Below, piece after piece: positions 19,174-27,136 of a stretch of DNA of 41,926 nucleotides (positions are counted from its first letter, which is position 1; the number at the start of each line of letters is the position of its first letter). The DNA is taken from positions 1-41,926 of the IMG/VR virus record IMGVR_UViG_3300020045_017856; one strand, 5' to 3'. Both the position numbers and the translations under genes were made by a program. The notes beneath the pieces are model-generated. The model saw only the letters and a list, made by a program, of their open reading frames with translations. It had not been told where the DNA came from and did no database searches. Origin of the DNA: a virus (taxonomy: Duplodnaviria > Caudoviricetes).

Positions 19174-19926
19174 TTAATCTTCAATCGGCTCTTCGTACAT
19201 AGCCATCTTCTTAATCACCTCCAGTGTAGCTAGACAATCTCCGCCCGCTGTATGATCCCCTCCAGGCAATCTCTGAAATTTGAAATCACCATGATACTCC
19301 GAGTACTGCCCGACAAAAGCAGCGTAGTGTTTCATAGCGCAGTTCATCCTAAACTTAATGAACTTCCGAAAATCATCCTGGATCATCGTCTGAAAAAGCA
19401 TCCTCTCATCAAACTCCGCATTATATATGATTGCTTTTTTACCTTTCACTGCAGCCTCCAATTCATCCACTATCTCCAGTAAGGTAGGAGCATCTTTCAA
19501 GTCACCTATTTTGATGCCATGTATTTCCGTCGATTCAGTACTAATTCTTTTACGTTTGCTTGGTTTGATCAAGGTATTGATGATGGGATTCCCTTCTATA
19601 TCGATCACCGCCAACTGAATGATCACATCATTCTCTCCTAACCCAGTAGTCTCGGTATCCAGGATGACGTATTTGTCTTTTTGATCCAAAACTTTCTTAG
19701 CCCAATTGATCGCCATTTGGCGACGCCGTTTGGAAAAATTCTCTACACTTTCTCCTCTTTCAATTCTGGGCAAAACATTTGGACCGTCTTGCCATCGATC
19801 ATCATCTTCATCTTCTACATCTTGTCTTGATGCTTGTACCTTAGGAGAATTATTCTCCTTTGAAATTAAGCCTACTAGGCCAATGACTACAGCAATCCCC
19901 ACCACTATAATCAAAAAAGTTTCCAT
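19174..19926 (-). CDS. DEDDh (DnaQ-like) 3'-5' exonuclease with N-terminal transmembrane anchor
   Basis: ILDTETTGL, YNAEFD, HTAGGDC motifs; N-terminal FLIIVVGIAVVIGLVGLI. Confidence 0.85.
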   Translation of the reverse strand: METFLIIVVGIAVVIGLVGLISKENNSPKVQASRQDVEDEDDDRWQDGPNVLPRIERGESVENFSKRRRQMAINWAKKVLDQKDKYVILDTETTGLGENDVIIQLAVIDIEGNPIINTLIKPSKRKRISTESTEIHGIKIGDLKDAPTLLEIVDELEAAVKGKKAIIYNAEFDERMLFQTMIQDDFRKFIKFRMNCAMKHYAAFVGQYSEYHGDFKFQRLPGGDHTAGGDCLATLEVIKKMAMYEEPIED

Positions 19927-19938
19927 GAGATATATGAT

Positions 19939-20283
19939 TTAAGGTTTAAAATTCCTGAACATCTCTTTCAAAAAGTCCTCTATCCGATCTAATCTATCAT
20001 TGTTGTTTGCATACCGCTCTCTCGGTTCATGCACAGCATGGATAGTCTCATTGTCAGTTTTTCTTAAAAAATCTGACAGCTGCAATTTTTCCAAACAAAA
20101 TCTTCTAAAAGGCACCCCAGACATTTCCTCGATTTTCAATAAGTCATCCATGTTCGGTTGATACTTATTATTCTCCCACGCACTGATCGTTGCATGTGAA
20201 ACATTGAAAATCAAGCTAAACTCTTCCTGCTTCATCCGAAGATGCTTGTCTCTGAACAACTTTAGGTTTTCGCCAAAATGCAT
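19939..20283 (-). CDS. XRE-family HTH repressor (CI-like)
   Basis: NLKLFR..MKQEEFS..FNVSHATISAWENNKYQP; divergent from Cro-like gene. Confidence 0.85.
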   Translation of the reverse strand: MHFGENLKLFRDKHLRMKQEEFSLIFNVSHATISAWENNKYQPNMDDLLKIEEMSGVPFRRFCLEKLQLSDFLRKTDNETIHAVHEPRERYANNNDRLDRIEDFLKEMFRNFKP

Positions 20284-20381
20284 TCGATTAAATTTTCCCT
20301 TAAAAAAATTTAAGGAATACTTGCAATTGAAGTAAAACTTACATACACTTGCAAAGTATTTGGAAACAAAATGTAAAGATA
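20284..20381. promoter_or_regulatory. CI/Cro divergent control region
   Basis: AT-rich intergenic region with repeated ACTTGCAA and AAGT-aaa-ACTT palindromic elements; exact operators not resolved. Confidence 0.55.
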
Positions 20382-20600
20382 ATGGAAACTACTCTAAAGA
20401 GTAAACTGAAGTGTTACAGTGGATCTATGAAGGAAATTGCGAATAGGACAGGCTTCTCTCGCCAGTATGTTCGTATGGTTCTATCTGGCAAAGCTAACAA
20501 TCTTCTGATTATCGAAGCAGCCACTACCCTACTTGCTGAGTACACCGAAAAAAAGAGAACGCTCGAAGAAACGGTATTGCAAGTAGTTCAAGAAGCATAA
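20382..20600 (+). CDS. Cro-like HTH protein
   Basis: MKEIANRTGFSRQYVRMVLSGK HTH; ATG at 20382. Confidence 0.75.
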   Translation: METTLKSKLKCYSGSMKEIANRTGFSRQYVRMVLSGKANNLLIIEAATTLLAEYTEKKRTLEETVLQVVQEA

Positions 20601-20643
20601 TTGTTTTTGGTCATTTTTTTTCATGAGGATGATTTGTATTACG

Positions 20644-20670
20644 TGCCACCCATCAGCGGGTGGCTTTTTT
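20644..20670 (+). terminator. Rho-independent terminator after Cro-like gene
   Basis: GCCACCC-atcagc-GGGTGGC followed by T6. Confidence 0.75.
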
Positions 20671-20738
20671 ACCGCGCACATTAACTGGTATTTTAATAAT
20701 CGTTTTTCCGGCAGCAGTAAACGTAACTGCTGCCAATC

Positions 20739-20811
20739 AGTGAGGTGGAGCAGTTGGTAGCTCGCCGGGCTCATAACCCGGAGGTCGGAGGTTCAAGTCC
20801 TCCCCTCGCAA
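20739..20811 (+). tRNA. tRNA-Met(CAU), initiator type
   Basis: Full cloverleaf; anticodon arm CCGGG-CTCATAA-CCCGG with three G:C pairs; A11:U24; 1:72 mismatch; T-loop TTCAAGT; CCA not encoded. Confidence 0.92.
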
Positions 20812-20885
20812 CATCTCTTGTTTTCTTTCTTTTTTTTGATTCATGAAGTTAAGTTCACTTTCAGCCCCCTTACGTGGGGGCCATT

Positions 20886-20958
20886 GCCGGGAAAGCACAA
20901 TTGGTTGTGCATCGGATTTGTACTCCGAGGGTTGCGGGTTCGAGTCCCGCTTCCGGCT
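20886..20958 (+). tRNA. tRNA-Thr(UGU)
   Basis: Acceptor GCCGGGA/TTCCGGC; anticodon arm TCGGA-TTTGTAC-TCCGA; T arm GCGGG-TTCGAGT-CCCGC. Confidence 0.9.
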
Positions 20959-20965
20959 CACTTAA

Positions 20966-21100
20966 TGGGAATTCTGGTCCGGTCACGTTGGTGGCGCAAC
21001 GTGAAGCCAAAAAGCCAGGGGAGTTCTAATGTGGACTCCCCTCTTCAACCAAAAAAATACTCGTTGGTTTTGGGGGTGAGTCATCCGGTGATTCCCCCCA
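20966..21100 (+). ncRNA. Candidate structured ncRNA (four consecutive hairpins)
   Basis: Stems TCACGTTG/CAACGTGA, AGGGGAGTTC/GGACTCCCCT, AACCAA/TTGGTT, TGGGGG-GAGTCA/TGATTC-CCCCCA; no convincing ORF. Confidence 0.4.
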
Positions 21101-21274
21101 TACTTTGAATAGCGTATTAACTGGGGTTTTAGTTTATCGAGAGTGGGAGGATAGCTTTGTGCTGTTGAGGTGTGCCCACTCTCCTTTTCTCCCAAAAAAG
21201 AAAGCCCCGCGCAGCTGTAACTGCGCGAGGCCGGAGTAGCAAATAATTATTCACTACAAAAATGCAACACAAAG

Positions 21275-21997
21275 ATGAGCATTTCCAAGCAAACTCACAA
21301 CTTCGTAAACCCTGCATTTGCAGGTATTTTTGACGGAGTTACGGCGTACATGCCGCAAATTACTTTCTACGGCATCATTGCCACCTACGCCATCACGGCG
21401 TTACTCAACGTGTTTTTCATTCCCCTCCCCTTCTTCGTGTCCATCCCGGCAGCCGTCGCGATCGCCTTTACGCGATTCGCCATTGTCTTCATGGACTTCC
21501 TCAATCCAACTGGCCGCCGCAGCGTGTGGCCCCTCATGATCGCATTCGGCCTTACGGTGGTGGCACTGGTGGAGCTGGGCTTTAGCATCCAGGAGTTTGG
21601 CTGGGCAGAAGAAAAATTTTGGGCAACCTTCCTTTTTGGGTCCACCATTATTGCGGGAGGGTATCTCTTGGAGGTGAACTTCATTGCCAAGGGCGCCGAG
21701 GCATTTGGCCTCGGGGAAGCTACACAAAAGCAAAAAGGCGTGCTTAGTGCAGCAGCAACACCCCCCCCATCTACTGGAGATGTAGCGGCACTGATGGCAG
21801 AGATTGAGTTCCTAAAGAACCAGATGACTACCGCCGCACAAGCTACCCCTACCCTACTACCGGGAAACGGGCAACCCCCAGTGAAGGCGAATCCGTCTAC
21901 GGCGAACCTGGGGCATCTTCCTTCTTACTCGAACGGGAACTCGAACGGGAACACCAACGGGAATGGCAACGGGAACGGGAACGGCTACAAGCCGTAA
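21275..21997 (+). CDS. Early multi-pass membrane protein with Asn/Gly-repeat tail (0-frame product)
   Basis: About four hydrophobic segments, short coiled coil, NGNSNGNTNGNGNGNGNG tail. Confidence 0.8.
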   Translation: MSISKQTHNFVNPAFAGIFDGVTAYMPQITFYGIIATYAITALLNVFFIPLPFFVSIPAAVAIAFTRFAIVFMDFLNPTGRRSVWPLMIAFGLTVVALVELGFSIQEFGWAEEKFWATFLFGSTIIAGGYLLEVNFIAKGAEAFGLGEATQKQKGVLSAAATPPPSTGDVAALMAEIEFLKNQMTTAAQATPTLLPGNGQPPVKANPSTANLGHLPSYSNGNSNGNTNGNGNGNGNGYKP

Positions 21998-22134
21998 CGC
22001 CAACCCCCCATTTCTGCGCCAGCTGCGGCGTAGAAATTACCTACCGCCCAGCACGGCAAACCCTTGTCCAACACTGCTCCCCGAGGTGCAGGACAAGGGC
22101 TTACCGAAAACGTAAAGCTTTAATGTCCAGTTAG
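21868..22134 (+). CDS. Start-less -1-frame extension: ER-rich helix plus CxxC...CxxxC zinc finger (putative frameshift product)
   Basis: Frame open 21808-22134, no ATG/GTG/TTG before 22123; encodes ERELEREHQREWQRERERLQ...CASCG...HCSPRCRTRAYRKRK; in-phase G GGA AAC at 21862-68. Confidence 0.65.
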   Translation, partial: RATPSEGESVYGEPGASSFLLERELEREHQREWQRERERLQAVTPTPHFCASCGVEITYRPARQTLVQHCSPRCRTRAYRKRKALMSS

Positions 22135-22176
22135 AAATGCGTCACAGTGACGCACTTAGTTTTCACCAATCAAAAA

Positions 22177-22419
22177 ATGTACATTATGTACGATAAGCGA
22201 TATAGCAACGAGGCCATCAAGCGCATCCGCAATCAAGCCTCCATCACGATGTTTATTTGCATGCTACTCCTGGCCATCGGGGTAGGGAAGGTAGCGTATG
22301 CTACCGGCTACCATGATGGATATTACTCCAGAACCATGTCGCCAGCAAATGTAAAAACAAGCAACGTACAGCAGCCGCGCTCCAGCTTGGTTAGTCCTTT
22401 TCAAATGAGCAACGAGTAA
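22177..22419 (+). CDS. Small single-pass membrane protein
   Basis: ITMFICMLLLAIGVGKVAY hydrophobic stretch; start uncertain (22177 or 22186). Confidence 0.55.
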   Translation: MYIMYDKRYSNEAIKRIRNQASITMFICMLLLAIGVGKVAYATGYHDGYYSRTMSPANVKTSNVQQPRSSLVSPFQMSNE

Positions 22420-22579
22420 GGATCTTCATTACTCCAATTTTTACGCTGCAGCATTAGCTGCTTTCTCACAGTCTACTTACACAATTGAAAAGTTTTCCAG
22501 GGCATAGCGCAATCCCTCCTGCGCTATGCTCCTGGACAGATCGACTCATTTTTATCCACTTCGCAAACACCAGGCCGGC

Positions 22580-25500
22580 ATGATCAAAAATGCAACGGAG
22601 ATCCGGGACAAGGTCTCGATACTACACGTAGTAGGGGAGCACGTAGAGCTAAAGCGCTCGGGTGCAAACCATGTCGGGCATTGCCCTTTTCACCAGGAGA
22701 AAAGCCCCAGCTTCACAGTTAGTGAAGCCAAGGGAATCTATAAGTGTTTTGGCTGCGGAGCGTCCGGTGATTCGGTCGCGTTCCTCATCGATCACCTGGG
22801 CCTCAGTTATCCCGAAGCCCTGGAGCGTGCCGCACAAATAGGAGGGATCTCCGTAGACTACGAAGAGCGTGAGCGCCGCGCGGAGTTCATTGCCAAGCAA
22901 AAGGAGAGCCGCGACAAGATGTCCACGCTATTCCAGGTCATGCAGCAGGTACAAGCATTCCTGCTCAAAAACACCTGGGGGCACCTGGCCTTTGCCCCTG
23001 AAGACATCATCGCCATTGGGCCCAACCGTACCTACACCTATGCTACACTAGAAAAATACGGGGTAACCTACACCCCCGAAGGGAACCATCTGCCCGATGT
23101 GAGCGATGAAAGTCTTGTAGAAGTTGGTTTTAATAAGTCGTCTGACCGAGGCGGTTCCTATCCTTTTTACCGGGACCGCCTCCTTTTTCCCATCACCGAT
23201 CACCGTGGCCGCATCTGTAGCTATGCTGGCCGCAAGCCTTACACCGATGTTCGGCCCGACAATCCGAAGTACATCAATGGTAGGGACACTTTCCTGTACA
23301 AAAAGGAGGAGCACCTCTACGGACTGCACCAGGCCCTACGCCACATCCGCAGCATGGACAGTGCTGTGCTGATGGAGGGCTACACCGATGTACTCACCCT
23401 CAGCGAACACGGCTACCCAAACGGGGTGGCCAGCTGCGGCACCGCATTTGGTACCGAGCAAGCCAAGCTGCTCAAGCGCTTCACGACCAACGTGCTCATC
23501 CTGCGCGATGGCGACGCAGCTGGGCTGAAGGCCGCAAAAAACGACGTCGAAACCCTGGTGCGCGAGGGCATCGTGCCGAAGGTATGCATCTTGCCCGATG
23601 GCGAGGATCCCGACTCCTTTGCCCGCAAGCACGGTGAGTCCGGCCTGCGCTTTTACATCGAGGAGAAAGCCCAGGATGGCCTGGTCTGGCGCGTGATGAG
23701 CGACTACTCCGAGGATCCATTCCTGAAGCAAACCAGCCTGCGCATAGCCGGTGAGTTGCTGGCTTGTCTGGACAGCGCCTCGATGCGCGACGCCTACATC
23801 AAGGAGCTGACCAAAAAGAATAGGCTAGGGGATATGCGCCGCATCCTGAAGGATGAGATGGAGCAGGCCGAGGAGAAAATGCTTAAGACTAAAAGCCCCC
23901 TCACGGACCAGCAGCAAGAAGACGCTATCCACTACGGCCTGTACGCCAACAACAACAAGTACTTTGTCACCAGCGACCCCAACAATACGGGGTTCTCCAT
24001 CTCCAACTTCACCGTGGAGGGCATCATGCTGGTAATCGGTACCGAGATCAGCCAGCGCGTGATCCGGATCCGGAATGAGTGGGGCAAAGAGTACACCCTC
24101 ATCATCGATGCCAGCTGGATGACCAGCTTCACCGACTTCCGCAAGCAGGTGGAGCGCATGGGCAACTTCTTGTTCACAGGCAAGCCCGAAATGTTCGACC
24201 GCGTAAAGGCGATGGTGTACGGCCAAACCCGCGATGCATTCCCGATCAACACCATGGGCTGGCACCGCGATGGGTTCTATACCTGGGGCAACGGCGTGAG
24301 CATCGACGGCAAATTTATACCGGTGGACGAGCTGGGCCTGGTGCAGCACAAAGACACCCGCTATTTCCTGCCCGCCTTCAGCAAGCTGAGTGAGCAGTTT
24401 AAGGGTGATGACTCGGAGGATAGCTACGAGTTTGAGCGCAAGTTCTGCTACCATCCCGAACCTGCCTGCACCAGCACCAGCCACTGGAGCAAGCTCATGG
24501 TGGAAGTACACGGCTGGAATGGGGGCATGGCCGTAGCGTACTTTGTGGCCAGCTTGTACCGGGACATCATCTTCCGCAAGTTCCAATTCTTCCCGCACCT
24601 GAACATGTTCGGTCCATCCGGATCCGGCAAAACGTTCTTGGCACGCTCGGTCATGGCCATGTTTGGCCGTGGCAACCTGCAGGATCCGTTCAACCTGGCC
24701 AGTGGTACGCCCGTGGCGTTTAAGCGCCGCTTGAGCCAGGTCTCCAATGGGATCATCTGGTTTGACGAATACTCGAACGACATCGACTTCAAGCGGGTAG
24801 AATCCCTTAAAGGAGCCTACGACGGTGCTGGCCACCAGCGCGGCACCGTAAAGGATGGTGAGGTAAAAACCACCAAAGTCCGTAGTGCCTTACTGCTCAG
24901 CGGCCAGCAGCAGCCTACCAAGGATATAGCCCTGTTCAAAAGGGTAGTAAGCTTGAACTGTAGCTCGGGAAAAAACACCCTCGAAAAACAGATCGTTGCC
25001 CGCGAGCTGAAGAACATCGAGGAGACTGGCGTGCTCACGCAGATCACCCAGGTACTGCTCCAATACCGCGACTACGTGGAGGAAGAATTCAGCCTCCGCT
25101 TCGAAAAGCTGCGCACCTTTTTCACGGGCCTTATCGAGGAGAAAGGCGCTTTTGTAGAAGACCGCATCACGGCCAACCACCTGATCCCGCTTACCGTGAT
25201 TCAGATGATCTCTGAAAAAATCGACATCGGCTTTGACATGAAAGCCTTCCTACTGTTCACCCTGGAGAACATCATCCAGCAATCTGAGGCCATTTTCGCC
25301 GAAGACGAGCTGAGCATCTTCTGGCGCATTGTGCAGTACCTGCTCGAATCGGGTAGGGTAGAGCACAAAAAGGATGTGCTGGTAGAAGAGAAGATCGACG
25401 AAACCTTCCTGAACGAACTCGACCGCGACCGCAAAGAGAGCGTATCCAAAAGCTTTAAGGCCAAAACCAAACTGTGCTACATCCGCTTTAGCCGCATCCA

Positions 25501-25723
25501 TCCTGAGTATCAGGATCGGCACAGTAAGCAGCGCGGCAAACTTGGCCTGGAGCTGGGCGCACTGCAATACTACCTCCGGGGGAGTGAAGCGTACCTGGGC
25601 CAGAAGCGCAGCAAGAAGTTTGGCAACGCCAGCTATGCCTGCTACGTGTTCAACGCGGAGCTACTGCCAGTAGAGCTGCAAGTTTCAGAATTGCAACAAA
25701 TAACTTCCGAATCGCCCTTTTAG
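22580..25723 (+). CDS. dnaG: DnaG-type DNA primase fused to P-loop NTPase/helicase domain
   Basis: CHC2 zinc finger CPFHQEKSPSF..YKCFGCG; PKYING; Toprim EGYTDV and DGDAAG, DPD; C-terminal GPSGSGKT and IIWFDEY. Confidence 0.92.
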   Translation: MIKNATEIRDKVSILHVVGEHVELKRSGANHVGHCPFHQEKSPSFTVSEAKGIYKCFGCGASGDSVAFLIDHLGLSYPEALERAAQIGGISVDYEERERRAEFIAKQKESRDKMSTLFQVMQQVQAFLLKNTWGHLAFAPEDIIAIGPNRTYTYATLEKYGVTYTPEGNHLPDVSDESLVEVGFNKSSDRGGSYPFYRDRLLFPITDHRGRICSYAGRKPYTDVRPDNPKYINGRDTFLYKKEEHLYGLHQALRHIRSMDSAVLMEGYTDVLTLSEHGYPNGVASCGTAFGTEQAKLLKRFTTNVLILRDGDAAGLKAAKNDVETLVREGIVPKVCILPDGEDPDSFARKHGESGLRFYIEEKAQDGLVWRVMSDYSEDPFLKQTSLRIAGELLACLDSASMRDAYIKELTKKNRLGDMRRILKDEMEQAEEKMLKTKSPLTDQQQEDAIHYGLYANNNKYFVTSDPNNTGFSISNFTVEGIMLVIGTEISQRVIRIRNEWGKEYTLIIDASWMTSFTDFRKQVERMGNFLFTGKPEMFDRVKAMVYGQTRDAFPINTMGWHRDGFYTWGNGVSIDGKFIPVDELGLVQHKDTRYFLPAFSKLSEQFKGDDSEDSYEFERKFCYHPEPACTSTSHWSKLMVEVHGWNGGMAVAYFVASLYRDIIFRKFQFFPHLNMFGPSGSGKTFLARSVMAMFGRGNLQDPFNLASGTPVAFKRRLSQVSNGIIWFDEYSNDIDFKRVESLKGAYDGAGHQRGTVKDGEVKTTKVRSALLLSGQQQPTKDIALFKRVVSLNCSSGKNTLEKQIVARELKNIEETGVLTQITQVLLQYRDYVEEEFSLRFEKLRTFFTGLIEEKGAFVEDRITANHLIPLTVIQMISEKIDIGFDMKAFLLFTLENIIQQSEAIFAEDELSIFWRIVQYLLESGRVEHKKDVLVEEKIDETFLNELDRDRKESVSKSFKAKTKLCYIRFSRIHPEYQDRHSKQRGKLGLELGALQYYLRGSEAYLGQKRSKKFGNASYACYVFNAELLPVELQVSELQQITSESPF

Positions 25724-25780
25724 AAAAAAAGGGGCGGGGGGGAATTGAATTGATTTTCAAAAATTCACCTCCCTTTTTTA

Positions 25781-26015
25781 GTCGACTTGTCGACCAGCGT
25801 GTATTTTCTTAGGTAAAATGTTATCTAAGTAATTGAAAGATAAAGGGAATAACGATTGAATAACCCGTTATATGATGTCGACTTTTAGTCGACTTTTAGT
25901 CGACTGGTGTCGACTCGGTCGACAAGGGGGTGTTCTTGTCGACCGCCTGTCGACCAATCATCTAATTGATATTCAAATCGTTAACCCCTCAGTCGACACG
26001 GTCGACACGGTCGAC
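25781..26015. repeat. Twelve GTCGAC palindromic repeats; candidate replication origin
   Basis: GTCGAC at 25781, 25789, 25877, 25888, 25899, 25909, 25918, 25938, 25949, 25992, 26001, 26010 with AT-rich spacers, directly after the primase-helicase. Confidence 0.8.
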
Positions 26016-26202
26016 AGGTTTTTGGGGTATTCAGGTTTTTTGACACCAATTCCCCCCCGACTTTTCGCCGATAGGGGATAAAACCCCTTCCAAAAGTTCT
26101 TTGACATGCGATCCACCAAAAACAAATTGACTCACTGAGCCGTCAAAAACACGTGTTTGTTAAATGCATTGTTATGACGGTTGTTAAAAATCAGTCACTT
26201 AC

Positions 26203-26457
26203 ATGGATAACGTAAGCACCAAAGACCGCCTGGTAGGAGTGAAGCGCATCAAGGCCATGACCTTCTCCAACCTGCGGAAACTGTACGATACCGGCAACCT
26301 GAGTAAAAACGAATACCGCGCCACGCACACCCTGGTCATTGACCTGGAAAAACTACTACAGCAAATGGAAGCCCGGCAATTGGAGTGGGATCAGCTGATC
26401 GCCTTCATTGCCAAAGACGATAAGGATTACCTGGAAGATATTTTTTCACAACCCTGA
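26203..26457 (+). CDS. Hypothetical protein
   Basis: 84-aa ORF followed by terminator. Confidence 0.6.
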   Translation: MDNVSTKDRLVGVKRIKAMTFSNLRKLYDTGNLSKNEYRATHTLVIDLEKLLQQMEARQLEWDQLIAFIAKDDKDYLEDIFSQP

Positions 26458-26464
26458 TTTTGCC

Positions 26465-26501
26465 CCCTGCCCGTCCCCTCCTAGGGGCAGGGATTTTTTT
26501 T
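26465..26501 (+). terminator. Rho-independent terminator
   Basis: CCCTGCCC...GGGCAGGG followed by T-run. Confidence 0.65.
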
Positions 26502-26514
26502 AACAATCACTGCA

Positions 26515-26778
26515 ATGTCTACTAACAATACCACAGCTCACAGCTCACAGCTCACAGCTCACAGCTCACAGCTCCACATCAATGGAATCCCTACTTTTTA
26601 TAGCGATTTCATACTGAGTGTATACAATCAACTCAAGGATTGCACCTCCATCCGGGAAGCCAAGGCAATCAAGTTCACAGGCAAAAAGCCTGGCAGCCTT
26701 TCCGTAGTGGCCGACAAAGACAGCATCTTATTTTTTGAATCACCAAGGCAGGTATATGCCAAAATCACTTTTCCATGA
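26515..26778 (+). CDS. Hypothetical protein with N-terminal heptamer tandem repeat
   Basis: 87 aa; ATGA overlap downstream. Confidence 0.55.
   Translation: MSTNNTTAHSSQLTAHSSQLHINGIPTFYSDFILSVYNQLKDCTSIREAKAIKFTGKKPGSLSVVADKDSILFFESPRQVYAKITFP
26532..26573 (+). repeat. (CACAGCT)6 tandem repeat
   Basis: Six perfect 7-bp units (42 bp). Confidence 0.95.
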
Positions 26779-26858
26779 AACCAGTACGTGATTGGACCGA
26801 ACACGATTATCTAACTGCGGCAGTAGGCTTGATTGTGCTGGCCGCTATAATCTTCTAA
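26775..26858 (+). CDS. 27-aa membrane peptide
   Basis: MKPVRDWTEHDYLTAAVGLIVLAAIIF; ATGA-coupled to upstream gene; stop 2 nt before the next ATG. Confidence 0.55.
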   Translation: MKPVRDWTEHDYLTAAVGLIVLAAIIF

Positions 26859-26860
26859 AG

Positions 26861-27124
26861 ATGCACGAATCGACTTTATTAAAAGCCAATGAATTGGCTA
26901 AGGAAATCAAGGAATTTAAAGAAGCCTTGAATTGCTTTGAAATTGAATTTGGAACTGAAGTGATTTCAACTGATCCCCGATTGATTATTGAATTCGAGGA
27001 TTTCGAAGGTGGTCGAGATAACGTCAAGATCCCAATGAATTTGAATGCAGTCTTGATTGATTTTTTGAAAACAGAAATCAAAAAAGGATTGGCTGAAGCA
27101 GAAGAGAAATTTAAACAACTATAA
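26861..27124 (+). CDS. Hypothetical protein
   Basis: ATG at 26861; AT-rich; acidic. Confidence 0.6.
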   Translation: MHESTLLKANELAKEIKEFKEALNCFEIEFGTEVISTDPRLIIEFEDFEGGRDNVKIPMNLNAVLIDFLKTEIKKGLAEAEEKFKQL

Positions 27125-27136
27125 CCATCCACTACA

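Noticed and set aside
20966-21100. A third tRNA
   Set aside because: No T-loop TTCRA or cloverleaf geometry; kept only as a candidate ncRNA
20737-21195. ORFs 20737-20961(-), 20818-21108(+), 20983-21195(-)
   Set aside because: They overlap tRNAs and hairpins; shadow ORFs
23825-24835. Long antisense ORFs (e.g. 23825-24835, 14061-14879, 10683-11438, 36729-37391)
   Set aside because: Antisense shadows of well-supported genes, with no recognisable motifs
25781-26015. CRISPR-like array
   Set aside because: Repeats are only 6 bp with mostly 2-5 bp gaps, no spacer-sized unique sequences and no cas genes
25872-26081. 69-aa ORF across the GTCGAC repeats
   Set aside because: Translation (VD/ST repeats) simply mirrors the DNA repeats; likely non-coding
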